Positions 46,497 to 57,112 of a DNA stretch of 64,000 bases are shown here, in pieces. The position numbers were made by a program, and so were the translations under genes. A model generated the notes under the pieces. That model saw only the letters and a program-made list of their open reading frames with translations, was not told where the DNA came from and did not search any database. The DNA is from an uncultured Clostridium sp. GTDB lineage: Bacteria > Bacillota > Clostridia > TANB77 > CAG-508. Numbering within the stretch: the stretch's first letter is position 1; every line of letters starts with the position of its first letter. Location: positions 28,201-92,200 of the forward strand of contig CANOWW010000005.1 in the NCBI GenBank assembly GCA_947571115.1. Reading direction: 5' to 3'.

Positions 46497-47315
46497 TTAT
46501 TTCATATTTTTATCTAGCAATTTCATTTTAACATAAAACACCACCACTAAAACAAGCAATGCACCAATCACAATCAAAATAACATTTCTAGCCATTCCTG
46601 TCTTTGGCAAAATTCCTTTTTTAAGCGAATCTTTTTGTGTATCATTCGACGTATTAGCTACTATATTTTTATTTTGATTTGAACCTGAGTTATTTGTCTC
46701 TGTTCCTGAACCACCATTTCCATTATTTGTTGTTGAATTTTGATTAGCATTATCGCCATTATTGGTCGTATTATTATTATTTGTAGAATTATTTGGCGTC
46801 GTATTCGTGGTATTGGTTGTATTTGTTGTGTTTTCTGGCTTTGAATCTGTTGTTGCTGATTTTACATTAATTGTTTTTGTCAGATTAGCTACTTTAATTT
46901 CTTCCATTCCATTTGAAACAGCAATATCTTTTAAAGTAATCGTTGTACTTGCTTTGCTATTTTCTTTCACTTTAAAGGTAATTTTAAATACTGTTTCATC
47001 ACTAGAAGTTAAACTTCCTCTATCTGTAACCAATTTGCCATTTGCTTCATTATAAGAAGGATTAGCCCAACTATTTTGTCCTGTCATTCCTACTAATGAT
47101 AAACTCTCTTTATCATATTCAAGGGTTGCCCCTAGCGCAATAATTCCATTCTGAGCCTGAATATTAGAAACATTTACATTTACAACAAATTCCTCTGCTT
47201 TATCAAATTCGTTTTTGACAGTTTGCAAACTCATATCACACGAAGCCGCATACACACAAGATGCCACACATAGCATACTAAACAAAATGAACACTATTTT
47301 TACGATCTTCTTCAT
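46497..47315 (-). CDS. Cell-wall-anchored cohesin-domain protein (signal peptide, cohesin-like module, N/T-rich linker, LPKTG sorting signal)
   Basis: Signal peptide MKKIVKIVFILFSMLCVASCVYA and a cohesin-like module (FVVNVNVSNIQAQNGIIALGATLEYDKESLSL...VFKITFKVKEN). The C-terminus is LPKTG plus a TM segment and a basic tail. Confidence 0.7.
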   Translation of the reverse strand: MKKIVKIVFILFSMLCVASCVYAASCDMSLQTVKNEFDKAEEFVVNVNVSNIQAQNGIIALGATLEYDKESLSLVGMTGQNSWANPSYNEANGKLVTDRGSLTSSDETVFKITFKVKENSKASTTITLKDIAVSNGMEEIKVANLTKTINVKSATTDSKPENTTNTTNTTNTTPNNSTNNNNTTNNGDNANQNSTTNNGNGGSGTETNNSGSNQNKNIVANTSNDTQKDSLKKGILPKTGMARNVILIVIGALLVLVVVFYVKMKLLDKNMK

Positions 47316-47331
47316 AGTTTCTCCTTTGATT

Positions 47332-50300
47332 TTATTTTATTTCCATCAACCCAATTAATGCTAATTTAAGTTGTGCTAAATCCGTGATGGTAATTTCGCC
47401 ATTTCCATCTACATCAGCAGATTTCAAAGCAATTCCTGTCAACAATTCTTGCTCAATATAATGTAACTTTAATTTAGCAAGGTCTGTAATTCCTAATTCA
47501 CCATTTCCGTCAATGTCTCCTGTTACAACTAATGTGAATTGTAATTTATCTCCTACTTTCAAAGTCATTCCTGTTGCAATCACAGCATCATTTCCAAGCA
47601 CGTTTCCAGCTTTATCTATAAGAACTAAATCTTGTTGTGTTACCACATTTGTTTTAAATGTGCTAAAAGTTGTACCTGGTGCAATTCTTGAAATTACATT
47701 TTCTTCAATTGTATATACATCTGAAGTAATTCCTTCCATTTTCTTTGTAAGACTGATTTCTAGACTCGCATCTTCAGAAGCCACTTCTATATCGCCATTA
47801 CTTGCCACAATATCCCTTACACGAATGATTGTTTTTATGTCTTGGTCAATGGTTTCTTTTACTTTGAATTTTATTTTGAAAACATCACTATTTCCTGTTA
47901 CATAATGATTGTTATCTGTTACAAATTTCAAATTATCTTCATTCATAGTAACATCCCAACCATTTTGGCTTTCAATGCTAATTTTTTCCAAAACATTTTT
48001 GTCATACTCTAACTTACCACCCAATGTAATCAAACCTTTATCAATTGCTGTTAAATCATGAACTTTGACAGATACTTCCATTTCATCTCCTGAATACACT
48101 GGTTGATCTGAAACTTTCTCAATTGATGTAGCAAAACTTGGAGTTGTTGGCGGAATTTCACTTGCTACTGTTACTGCACAAACTTTACTTGTTGCTTTTT
48201 CGGTTGTTGTTCCAACGGTTGTTGTCACTTCTAATACATAATTTCCACTATCTGTTTCTTGCGCATTTTCTATTTTTAATACTTTGTCTGTTTTTCCTGC
48301 TAATTTAGCATCATTTTTATACCATTGATAATTTTGAATTCCTTCATTTTCTGTCACTGCTGGAGCAATTGTTAAGTTTTCCCCTACTTTTACAGAAGCA
48401 GTATTTTGCATCGTAATTTCTGCAGGTACCGCTACTGGAACAGCAACTGTCTCTCCCCTAGCAGCCTCTTCTTGTACAACTGCTTTTGCTACAAATGTTG
48501 CTTCAACAATGCAATTCTCATTTACATCATTGTAATTCACAGTTACATCCATTGCCTCTTTATTGCTTACATCAATTTGTTTTCCACAAACTGTGATTGT
48601 CTCAATTTCATAACCAGCATCTGGTCTTACATTAAGCGTCTTAGAAGCACCTTCTGTAAGAGTAACAATATTTCCCTCTTCACGATTTGCGCCTTCAACA
48701 TTACCACCTTCTGTGCTTGACACAACAATTGCTTTATTTTGTGGTTCTGTTCCGTCATTCTCAACAACTGCAATCGCAAATGGACTAAATGAATCACAAG
48801 TTACAATCAATCCATATTGTGTTACAACACATGGAATTTCTTCCACTCCTGTTACATTTCCAGCATTATCTCTTTTAAAGTGATATGCTTTAAAAGTAAC
48901 GCCTGCGTCTTCTGGTCCATATCCTTCTGGAAATCCTAAAGATAATCTTAGTCTATGACCAGTTTTTACAACATATTTTTTACATACATTTAATGAAATA
49001 TTATAAGTTTGACTTGTTACTAATTCTTGAGCCCCTAACTCATTTTCCATTAAGTTATTCATAGCTTCTCTTTCAGTTTTTGTTGTTCTTGTGGTTACTA
49101 AAGCAATTCTACTTTTTAATAGGTCAGAAACATCTTCCCCATCACTTGTTTTCCATCCATTCATTGAAAGGTCTTCATTCTCAAGAAGTGTTGGTCTCGC
49201 AAATACATTCCAACTTTGTGCTTTATTCATACTATAAGCACATGCGATTGTATTGACTGCACCATAAGTTATTTCCATTGGTTCTTTTCCACTATTTTTT
49301 CCCACTAAACCTGTCAAATAAATATGGTAGTTTGCACCATCGTCTGCCCACATTTTACTAAATTTTAAATCAAATGTTACTGTACGTTTTCCATCAAAAG
49401 CAAAATTTGTTATTTTTGCTTCATCTGCTCCTGTTGGTCCTGTTGAATCAAATCTATAGCCTACTTGTGTTGCTCCTTCTGCTAATATTAAATCATCATC
49501 GTAAGTAACCTCTACATGATAAGTTGGTCCAACGGCAAGTGTAGCTGTTGCTGCTGGTGTTTGTTTTTTTATATATGGTTTACCTCTATAATAGCCATTT
49601 GGATTGTATAATTTTCCTGATTGCGCTACAAAGTCAGATTCATCTCCTTGATAGGTTAAACCAGCTATGCCCTCACTTGGAGCCAATGTTGTTACTGCAA
49701 ATTCCACATATTCCCCATTTGGAACTGTGATATAAATATGGTCATCATAGTCTTTAAATCCTCCTGCATAAGGTTCTGGATCCATATATCCCCATTTACC
49801 TTCTATCCATTCATCATCACCTGGTCGATATTCATGATATTTCATTAAAATATATTTACCCTCTTTAGCTGCCTCTGCATAACCTTTATTATTATAACTG
49901 ATATAAAAATCTCCTGCTTTGTATTCTTCTGTCTGAGTTCCTTCTTGTTTGAATTTTACTAATAATCCGTTAACATTTGTTACACTATCAATACCATAAT
50001 CTTCTGCATTTAATTCTGGATATTGAAATGTGTAATTTCCTGCTGCTTCAACTGTTTCTAAGGCAACATGCTCTTTATTCATAGTTTCTGTTCCAACTAA
50101 GCAATATCTTGTATTTTCAAAACCTTCTGTAATATCATCTCCTGGATTATATTCCGGTTTTGTTGTATCAATAAAAGTATTACGCAAAAATGGATCATCT
50201 AATGTACAATCAACTGCATACCAAACTTTTTCAGTGCTTCTTGCCATTGTTTGTTTTTCTATTTCAACATAATTCCACATATGTGGAACAGCTGCTGAAC

Positions 50301-51078
50301 CTTCACTTTGATGAGTTCCTTGTACAAGAATACTATGGATACCTACTTTATCTAAAATAACTTTTAAAGCTCTTGCATATCCTTCACATACTGCCTCTTT
50401 TTTTACAAGCGCACCATAAGGTGTAGAAATAAATCCTTCATTTCCTTTTTTGCAATCAGTTTCTAATCTATAACCTGTATTTCTAATTATCTCATTATGA
50501 ACCAATTTAATTTGTTCTACTGTTTTGTTTCCGTTTGTTCCTACTTCCACATTTTCAGCCTTTTGAGCAATTTCATTAACCGTATTATTAAACTCTGTAA
50601 TTGCTTGTTCTACTTGTTCTGTACTAGTAAAACCATCTGTGTAGTAATTAGCAAATCTTCCAGAACCAATGTAAGCATGGTATTCACCACTTGCACCTTT
50701 TGTTGTTCTGATACTAAGCTTTTGGAAATTTACATAGAAAATTTCTGGATAATCTGCATAAAAAGCATACCTTGCAGCATTCATCGCTGAAGTTAATGTG
50801 TTATTTCCTTTCTCATATTCTTTCACTTCATCTTCTGTAAAAATACCGTTTTGGACAAGGTCATAACCTTGTGTCCCTGTTTTAAATATACCATCTATGT
50901 ACATTTTATACATTGCTTGGTATATTTTCTTAGCTTCTGTTCCAAGTTGAGCATAATGGAAATTAGCTTCCATTTCACTTTCTGCTGCATACACAATATT
51001 ACTTAGGCTAACCCAACTAACTTGTGCCAACAAAAGTGTTGTAAGTAAAAAAATAGCAAGTAATTTTTTTAACTTCAT
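47332..51078 (-). CDS. Secreted multidomain protein with transglutaminase-like cysteine protease core, Ig-like modules, cohesin-like module and C-terminal dockerin (1248 aa)
   Basis: Signal peptide, then a transglutaminase-like triad context (AVCEGYARALK...VPHMWNYVEI...WYAVDCT). An Ig I-set-like motif follows (YQWYKNDAKL...DSGNYVLEV). Next is a cohesin-like module similar to the one in 46497-47315. Two dockerin Ca-binding repeats close the protein (GDIDGNGELGITDLAKLK and ADVDGNGEITITDLAQLK). Confidence 0.75.
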   Translation of the reverse strand: MKLKKLLAIFLLTTLLLAQVSWVSLSNIVYAAESEMEANFHYAQLGTEAKKIYQAMYKMYIDGIFKTGTQGYDLVQNGIFTEDEVKEYEKGNNTLTSAMNAARYAFYADYPEIFYVNFQKLSIRTTKGASGEYHAYIGSGRFANYYTDGFTSTEQVEQAITEFNNTVNEIAQKAENVEVGTNGNKTVEQIKLVHNEIIRNTGYRLETDCKKGNEGFISTPYGALVKKEAVCEGYARALKVILDKVGIHSILVQGTHQSEGSAAVPHMWNYVEIEKQTMARSTEKVWYAVDCTLDDPFLRNTFIDTTKPEYNPGDDITEGFENTRYCLVGTETMNKEHVALETVEAAGNYTFQYPELNAEDYGIDSVTNVNGLLVKFKQEGTQTEEYKAGDFYISYNNKGYAEAAKEGKYILMKYHEYRPGDDEWIEGKWGYMDPEPYAGGFKDYDDHIYITVPNGEYVEFAVTTLAPSEGIAGLTYQGDESDFVAQSGKLYNPNGYYRGKPYIKKQTPAATATLAVGPTYHVEVTYDDDLILAEGATQVGYRFDSTGPTGADEAKITNFAFDGKRTVTFDLKFSKMWADDGANYHIYLTGLVGKNSGKEPMEITYGAVNTIACAYSMNKAQSWNVFARPTLLENEDLSMNGWKTSDGEDVSDLLKSRIALVTTRTTKTEREAMNNLMENELGAQELVTSQTYNISLNVCKKYVVKTGHRLRLSLGFPEGYGPEDAGVTFKAYHFKRDNAGNVTGVEEIPCVVTQYGLIVTCDSFSPFAIAVVENDGTEPQNKAIVVSSTEGGNVEGANREEGNIVTLTEGASKTLNVRPDAGYEIETITVCGKQIDVSNKEAMDVTVNYNDVNENCIVEATFVAKAVVQEEAARGETVAVPVAVPAEITMQNTASVKVGENLTIAPAVTENEGIQNYQWYKNDAKLAGKTDKVLKIENAQETDSGNYVLEVTTTVGTTTEKATSKVCAVTVASEIPPTTPSFATSIEKVSDQPVYSGDEMEVSVKVHDLTAIDKGLITLGGKLEYDKNVLEKISIESQNGWDVTMNEDNLKFVTDNNHYVTGNSDVFKIKFKVKETIDQDIKTIIRVRDIVASNGDIEVASEDASLEISLTKKMEGITSDVYTIEENVISRIAPGTTFSTFKTNVVTQQDLVLIDKAGNVLGNDAVIATGMTLKVGDKLQFTLVVTGDIDGNGELGITDLAKLKLHYIEQELLTGIALKSADVDGNGEITITDLAQLKLALIGLMEIK

Positions 51079-51329
51079 AATTTAACTCTCCTTTTATTAT
51101 ATTTTACCTATCTATTAGCAAATAGCTAATTATATAGATAATTTTATTATACTACAAAAAGGAGTTTTTGTCAATAGTTTCCAAACCGTTTTTACCAAAA
51201 ATTGTGCCTTGTAGCCAAGCCATAAAAGTGTTTATATTAGCCGCTTTTTCCGCTTTTTATGGGACACAAAACGAAAAGCATTCACAATTCCATTTCATTT
51301 TACATAATATGTTACTAGGAGGGATAAAC

Positions 51330-51542
51330 ATGATAGAAAATAAACAAGGATTTTTTCCAAAAAACGCAATGTTTGGGCATGCTTATGTCATGAATCAAAC
51401 ATTAAGAAATACTTTTTCTCCTGAAGAAGCATTAAAAAAAGGTACTATTTTTCCTGAATTATTTAGTCCTTATTCTCCTGGAGATTCTATGCGAGAAATC
51501 GAATTTTTAAAGAATACTAGAAAAGGAGGATTTGATTTATAA
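51330..51542 (+). CDS. cotJA: Spore coat-associated protein CotJA
   Basis: GTIFPELFSPYSP motif. AGGAGGG RBS before the ATG at 51330. The longer ORF-track start is unsupported. Confidence 0.75.
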   Translation: MIENKQGFFPKNAMFGHAYVMNQTLRNTFSPEEALKKGTIFPELFSPYSPGDSMREIEFLKNTRKGGFDL

Positions 51543-51808
51543 TGGAAAATCTTCAAAATGAAACAAGAGAAAAGTTGTTAAGAAAAATTATGGAATATAA
51601 ATTTTATGTGAATGATTTGACTTTGTATTTGGATACCCATCCAAATGATAGAAAAGCACTCGATTTGCACAATGATTATGTCAAAAAATTAAAAGAAGTA
51701 ACAAAAGAATTTGAAAAAATGTATGGTCCTCTAACTGTGGAAACAGTTATGGAGAGCTGGGAATGGGCTCAAAATTTATGGCCATGGCAAAGGGGGTTTA
51801 ATAGATAA
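51542..51808 (+). CDS. cotJB: Spore coat protein CotJB
   Basis: FYVNDLTLYLDTHPND motif. Its start overlaps the cotJA stop. Confidence 0.8.
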   Translation: MENLQNETREKLLRKIMEYKFYVNDLTLYLDTHPNDRKALDLHNDYVKKLKEVTKEFEKMYGPLTVETVMESWEWAQNLWPWQRGFNR

Positions 51809-52485
51809 TGTGGAATTATAGTAGAAATTTACAATATCCAATCAATATAAAAAATAGAAATCCAGAAATGGCGAAAGTGATTATTAGTCAGTATGGAGGG
51901 CCAGACGGAGAGTTGGCAGCTTCTTTAAGATATTTGTCACAACGTTTTGGCATGCCTGACCAAAATTCAAAAGCTATTTTGAATGATATTGGAACTGAAG
52001 AATTAGCTCATTTAGAAATGGTTGGAACATTGGTTCATCAATTAACAGATGGGGCATCCATTGAGGAAATTGAAAAAGGCGGCTTATCTGCTTATTATAC
52101 TGACCATGGTTTAGGCGTATACCCACAAGCTGCCGCTGGTTTCCCATTTAATGCTGCTGTGCTTGCTGTAAAAGGAGACCCTGTTGCAGATTTAACAGAA
52201 GATTTAGCAGCTGAGCAAAAAGCTCGTGCTACCTATGAAAAATTAATCGATTTATGCAGAGATGACCCAGATGTTGTTAATGTATTACGTTATTTGCGTG
52301 AAAGAGAAGTCGTTCATTTCCAAAGATTTGGCGAGGCTTTAAATGGTGTTCAAGAAAAATTAGCCCAAAAAAGATTTTATATGAACAATGTAGATAAAGC
52401 ATTCGAACAAAAAAATGAAAATATCATCAAACACAATTTGAGTCAAAGTAATTATGGAATGAATTGGGAAAATTGCAAAAATTAA
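51808..52485 (+). CDS. cotJC: Spore coat protein CotJC (manganese-catalase-like ferritin fold)
   Basis: QYGGPDGELAASLRYLSQRF...EELAHLEMVG. Confidence 0.85.
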   Translation: MWNYSRNLQYPINIKNRNPEMAKVIISQYGGPDGELAASLRYLSQRFGMPDQNSKAILNDIGTEELAHLEMVGTLVHQLTDGASIEEIEKGGLSAYYTDHGLGVYPQAAAGFPFNAAVLAVKGDPVADLTEDLAAEQKARATYEKLIDLCRDDPDVVNVLRYLREREVVHFQRFGEALNGVQEKLAQKRFYMNNVDKAFEQKNENIIKHNLSQSNYGMNWENCKN

Positions 52486-52551
52486 TGATACAAGGGAGCT
52501 GTAAATGAACTGTTACCCAAAAGTGAACAGTAAATTAAAAAGAGAGTCTCA

Positions 52552-52587
52552 CAGAAAGTGTTACAGTTATTATTGTAGCACTTTCTG
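52552..52587. terminator. Hairpin at the convergent cotJC / MFS junction (likely bidirectional terminator)
   Basis: 13-bp stem CAGAAAGTGTTAC / GTAGCACTTTCTG. Confidence 0.5.
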
Positions 52588-52611
52588 CATTTCTAACTGT
52601 TTCTATTTAAA

Positions 52612-53853
52612 CTACATAGGTCCTACTACATCTGTTTTGCTTTTTCTGTTATATTTCTGAATTTTTTGAAACACATTTTTTTGTGTATGTTTTCTCTTAT
52701 AAATCAGCTGATAAGCAAGCGTAATTTGAAAAATCATAAAAAATGCAGATAAGCCAAACATATATTTCAAGCCCTTTTCATACATCAGCCCACAGAAAAA
52801 AATGCCAATCGCTTCCCCGATATATTTGACAATATATCTAAAATTCGTAAAAGAAAGTTGATGCTCGCTCTCTACACTATTAATATAATAGCCATCGCAA
52901 ACATTTTCATAGGCAGCCCCAATTAAAAGCGACCACGTAATTGCAATCATAGTAACAAATAAATTATCTGTCACAAATGCCAACGTATATAAGAAAAATC
53001 TAATTCCAAATTTGATGGTAATGGTTATGTAGTCGTTTTTTGGTGTTAGATATTTCAGTGCCAAAATTCCTATTAAATCACAAATTAAACCTACAATTAC
53101 TAAATAGTTTGTCGCAATTCCTTCTGAAAACTGAAAATAATTGGTTAAGGTCAGCATTTTTAAACCAAGTCCAGTTGCCATGGCAATCGAACTTACAAAA
53201 ATGTAAATACAATACATTTTCAAAATTTTATTTTGTCCCACATATTTCAAAATTGGTGTTTTGGAAGTTTCATGGTCTGGCTGATTGGCACAAACTTTTA
53301 TGTTAAATATAGTAAACATTGCAAACGCCAAAAACAAAATAGAAATATACAAACATATATTATAATTTACTAAAACTCCGAAAACTGTTTTACCAATAAA
53401 AAATCCGCCCACTAAAATTCCAACATCACGAAATAAATATTCTGTTAATTTTCTTTTACTATAAATCGTATTATTTTTGACAAATATTGTAATCAGCGGA
53501 TACACACTTGTTACAATTAAATATGAAGTTGTAATATCAACTGCAATCAATGTCTTCATCAAAAACATCCATTGACTATGATTTAGAAAGTACAATAACA
53601 ATAGATTAAAAAACTTTACAACAATTGTAAATGACATAAATCCTTTCAATTTATTTAATGTGACTTTTTGAGACACAAATAAAATTCCTAAAACGCTTAC
53701 TAATGTTCCAAGGCTCGTTATTTGACTAATCTGCAATGCAGAAAATCCATTGTCTTCTAGCCATAATTGCCTAAAGTTTTCCCAAAGCCCCATAGATAAA
53801 CTTAAAAACGCTAACATGCATAAAATCTGATTTTCACTTTTTAATTTCTTCAT
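52612..53853 (-). CDS. MFS-type transporter (about 12 TM segments)
   Basis: Polytopic hydrophobic ORF of 413 aa with an MFS-like layout. Substrate unknown. Confidence 0.6.
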   Translation of the reverse strand: MKKLKSENQILCMLAFLSLSMGLWENFRQLWLEDNGFSALQISQITSLGTLVSVLGILFVSQKVTLNKLKGFMSFTIVVKFFNLLLLYFLNHSQWMFLMKTLIAVDITTSYLIVTSVYPLITIFVKNNTIYSKRKLTEYLFRDVGILVGGFFIGKTVFGVLVNYNICLYISILFLAFAMFTIFNIKVCANQPDHETSKTPILKYVGQNKILKMYCIYIFVSSIAMATGLGLKMLTLTNYFQFSEGIATNYLVIVGLICDLIGILALKYLTPKNDYITITIKFGIRFFLYTLAFVTDNLFVTMIAITWSLLIGAAYENVCDGYYINSVESEHQLSFTNFRYIVKYIGEAIGIFFCGLMYEKGLKYMFGLSAFFMIFQITLAYQLIYKRKHTQKNVFQKIQKYNRKSKTDVVGPM

Positions 53854-53867
53854 TTTTGCTCCTCAAT

Positions 53868-55160
53868 TTACAACATCAAATCAATATCTGGATATTTGAT
53901 GCCTGATTTTTTGTGGTCTATTGGTGTGAAAAGCGACACAAATGTAATTGGCGCAATTCTTCCAATGTACATGATGAGCATGGATACGATTTTTCCCATA
54001 TCAGTCAAAGTTGTCAAATCAAAAGTCGAAAGTCCCGTGTTGGAAAAAGTCGATATGACATAAAAAACGATATCTAACACATTCTGCTGCTCTGTTAAAG
54101 CAATGCCAATCACGCCCAAAAATACAATCAAAGCATCTATCATCAAAATAGCAACTGCCTTTTTGATGAGCTTATCATTAATATTGCGATAATATGCCAC
54201 CACTTGCTCTCTGTCGCGTATATTGGCAACTGTTGTAAGTAGCAAAATCGCAAGTACCACAACACGAATTCCGCCAGCATTAGAACCCGGACCGCCACCA
54301 ATAAACATAATCATACTAACCAGCAATTTATTGATTTCATGCAAACTGTTGATATCAACTGTGAAAAATCCTGTATTTCTTGCCGTTACCACTTCAAACA
54401 ATGCTTCCAAAATCGTCAGTTGTGGATCAAACATTTTAATCAAAAGAACTCCAATAACTACTAAGCTAACTGACATATCGACAATAATTCTAGATTGCGT
54501 ATGCCCTTTATTTCTTTTACCTGTGCAAAACCAAGTTGTCAAATCCTCCAAAACAAAATAGCCGAGCGACCCCAAAAACATCAAAATAATCAAAACTATA
54601 TTGAGATAAACATCGCCTCTAAAACCGGAAAAACTGCTAGCTCCAATAATATCTGCACCAACATTGCAAAAGGCAGAAACAGAATGAAACACGCTCATCC
54701 ACAAACCTTTTGCCATCCCATAAATTGGCACAAAACGAAATGCCAATAGCCACGCACCAAAAAATTCAATCGTAAAAGTATAACGAATAATTCGTTTGGC
54801 TTTCTTCTTGACCGAAGAAAAATTGCTGGTGCTCACTTCATTACTCAAAAACATGCTATCTGACAATTTCATTTTTTCTTTGCTTACTAAAAAAAGCAAA
54901 GAGAAAAAAAGCATAAATCCAATCGCACCAACTTGCATAGCTAGCAAACAAACCAATTGCCCTAAAAAAGTAAATTGCTTTGAAAAATCAACTACCGTAC
55001 TTCCAGTTGCAGTAATCATGGAAGCAGCTTCAAAAAAAGCATCCATCATACTGATTTTTGTATTGTTGCAAATTGGAATTTTTAGCAAAATGGCTGTTAT
55101 GACAATCATTGCTAAAAAACCAAATATAGGAATGACATAAATTTTTTTATTTTTTAACAT
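53868..55160 (-). CDS. TrkH/KtrB family cation transporter (NtpJ-like, at the end of the V-ATPase operon)
   Basis: Repeated M-P-M pore-like segments (TATGSTV, NVGADI, GGGPGSNAGGIRV, NTGLST). The position mirrors ntpJ of the Enterococcus hirae ntp operon. Confidence 0.8.
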   Translation of the reverse strand: MLKNKKIYVIPIFGFLAMIVITAILLKIPICNNTKISMMDAFFEAASMITATGSTVVDFSKQFTFLGQLVCLLAMQVGAIGFMLFFSLLFLVSKEKMKLSDSMFLSNEVSTSNFSSVKKKAKRIIRYTFTIEFFGAWLLAFRFVPIYGMAKGLWMSVFHSVSAFCNVGADIIGASSFSGFRGDVYLNIVLIILMFLGSLGYFVLEDLTTWFCTGKRNKGHTQSRIIVDMSVSLVVIGVLLIKMFDPQLTILEALFEVVTARNTGFFTVDINSLHEINKLLVSMIMFIGGGPGSNAGGIRVVVLAILLLTTVANIRDREQVVAYYRNINDKLIKKAVAILMIDALIVFLGVIGIALTEQQNVLDIVFYVISTFSNTGLSTFDLTTLTDMGKIVSMLIMYIGRIAPITFVSLFTPIDHKKSGIKYPDIDLML

Positions 55161-55167
55161 TTGTATT

Positions 55168-55779
55168 CTACCTTTTCTTTTTTAATTTTTTTAATCGAAT
55201 AAACTCCTCTTTTTCCGTTTCGTCCAATATGTCTTGAATTTCCTTTGCTTTTTTTTCATCCTTTGGAATAATAATTTCTTTCAGCGCATTGGCTCTTCTT
55301 TGCACTTTTTCCATACTTTTTTTCAACCTAATCATCGTATTTTGCATTTGAGCCAATTCTAAAATATATTTTTTCACTTCTGCAAATTTTAAAATTGCCA
55401 TATCTACCGAATTCGTTGTATTATACAAACCATAATGCAAATTAATCGGCGTCTCCTCTGGCACAATCGATGGAATTTCAACCCCCATAATCGTCTTATA
55501 TTTGATATCAATCGACTGGTCAATTTCGATGACCTCTGAAATATCCAACATATCATCCAACCCAATTTCGACATTTGCCATTTTCAAATAATGCAACGCC
55601 TCACTCAATAACCCTTCTCCTTTTTGCTTTAGCACTTGTTCTTCAGCTCTATATTTTTCTAATTCACGACTTAAAATCATGCGTTTTTGTTCTAATAGCA
55701 TTTGCCCTTCTTTCGATTGTTTAATCGTGGTTTTGATTTTCATGAGATTATTTTTCGTTGGTAATTTGGTCGTATCCAT
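55168..55779 (-). CDS. ntpD: V-type ATPase subunit D
   Basis: PTKNNLMKIKTTIKQSKEGQMLLEQKR coiled-coil subunit D pattern. Confidence 0.85.
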   Translation of the reverse strand: MDTTKLPTKNNLMKIKTTIKQSKEGQMLLEQKRMILSRELEKYRAEEQVLKQKGEGLLSEALHYLKMANVEIGLDDMLDISEVIEIDQSIDIKYKTIMGVEIPSIVPEETPINLHYGLYNTTNSVDMAILKFAEVKKYILELAQMQNTMIRLKKSMEKVQRRANALKEIIIPKDEKKAKEIQDILDETEKEEFIRLKKLKKKR

Positions 55780-55788
55780 TTTTTCCTC

Positions 55789-57104
55789 CTATTGCAGAAT
55801 TTTTAATAAGTCTTCTGCCAAATCAAGCGTCTGCTCCATGGTTCTTCTGTCATACAAACTTTGACTAACAAATTTCTCTTCAAATTGCAAACCAAATTCC
55901 AAATATTTTTTGTCTTCGTCACTTAAATCTGCCTCGCCCAAAACTTTCGCAAGCGCCCTTGCTTCTTGCACTTTGGAATAAGCCGCAAAAATCTGGTCCG
56001 CAATTTTGACATGATTTTCTCTGGTATAGCCTTTTCCAATTCCGTCTTTCATTAAGCGCGAAAGCGAATCCAAAATATTAATCGGTGGCGTAATTCCTCT
56101 TTGATACAACTCCCTACTCAGCACAATTTGCCCTTCTGTAATATAGCCTGTTGTATCTGGAATTGGATGTGCAATATCATCATTTGGCATGGTCAAAATC
56201 GGAATTTGCGTGATAGAGCCACTTTTGCCTTCAATCATGCCTGCCCTTTCATAAATCGAAGCAAAATCGCTATACAAATAACCTGGATAGCCTTTTCGAC
56301 TTGGTACTTCCTCTTTTAGTGTCGCAATTTCTCGAAGTGATTCTGCATACGAAGTCATATCTGTCAAAATCACTAACACTTGCATTCCTAAATCAAATGC
56401 CAAATATTCAGCACATGTGAGCGCAATTTTGGGTGTTAGCAAACGCTCAATCGAAGAGTCATTTGACAAATTTTGAAACATCACAACTTTTGATAAAACA
56501 TGATTTTCTTCAAAATTTTTGCGGAAAAACTGTGCTGTTTCATATTCAGCCCCCATCAACCCAAAAACAATCGCAAAATTTCCTTCGTCTTGAATATTGG
56601 CTTGCCTAATAATTCTTTCCGTCAACTCATTATGATTAATTCCACTTCCTGAAAAAATCGGCAATTTTTGCCCTCGAATTAATGTTAGCAAACCATCAAT
56701 CGTGGAAATTCCAGTTTCAATATAATTTCTAGGATAGCTTCTCGAAACTGGATTGATTGGTTTTGCATTAATGTCACGTTCTTCGCGATATTCAATTTCC
56801 TCTAGCCCGTCAATCGCCTGCCCAACACCATTGAAAACTCTTCCGCAGCATCGTTGGTGCCAATTTCAATCTTAATGGCTTTCCTACAAATTCTGTTTTG
56901 ACATCTGAAATATTAATCCCATTCGTTCCTTCATATACCTGAATTGTCGTAATTTTTTCATCCAAATGAATAATATTTCCAATCCTTTTTTCGCCATTTT
57001 TCAAGGTCAAAATCACTTGCTCTTCAAAAGAACAACCCTCTGGCGTTTTGATATAGACCAACGGACCGATTGATAGCCTCTAGCCCAATATACTTGATTT
57101 TCAT
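55789..57104 (-). CDS. ntpB: V-type ATPase subunit B, joined across two in-frame CGG +1 sites
   Basis: [12 protein letters not shown](C)[11 protein letters not shown]...KLAPTML(C)[14 protein letters not shown]...[35 protein letters not shown]. Length is 3n+2. Confidence 0.9.
56843..56845 (-). other. In-frame CGG / +1 recoding site (ntpB, site 2)
   Basis: ATG CTG CGG AAG AGT; the frame resumes at GGA AGA GTT, giving MLGRVFNG. Confidence 0.8.
57066..57068 (-). other. In-frame CGG / +1 recoding site (ntpB, site 1)
   Basis: ATC AAT CGG TCC GTT; the frame resumes at GGT CCG TTG, giving NGPL. Confidence 0.75.
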
Positions 57105-57112
57105 TCTTCCTC

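Noticed and set aside
51079-51329. A sporulation sigma-factor promoter for cotJABC (CATAATAT resembles a sigma-E -10 box), and a duplicated CCGCTTTTT
   Set aside because: I could not find a convincing -35 element at the right spacing, so the call would be guesswork.
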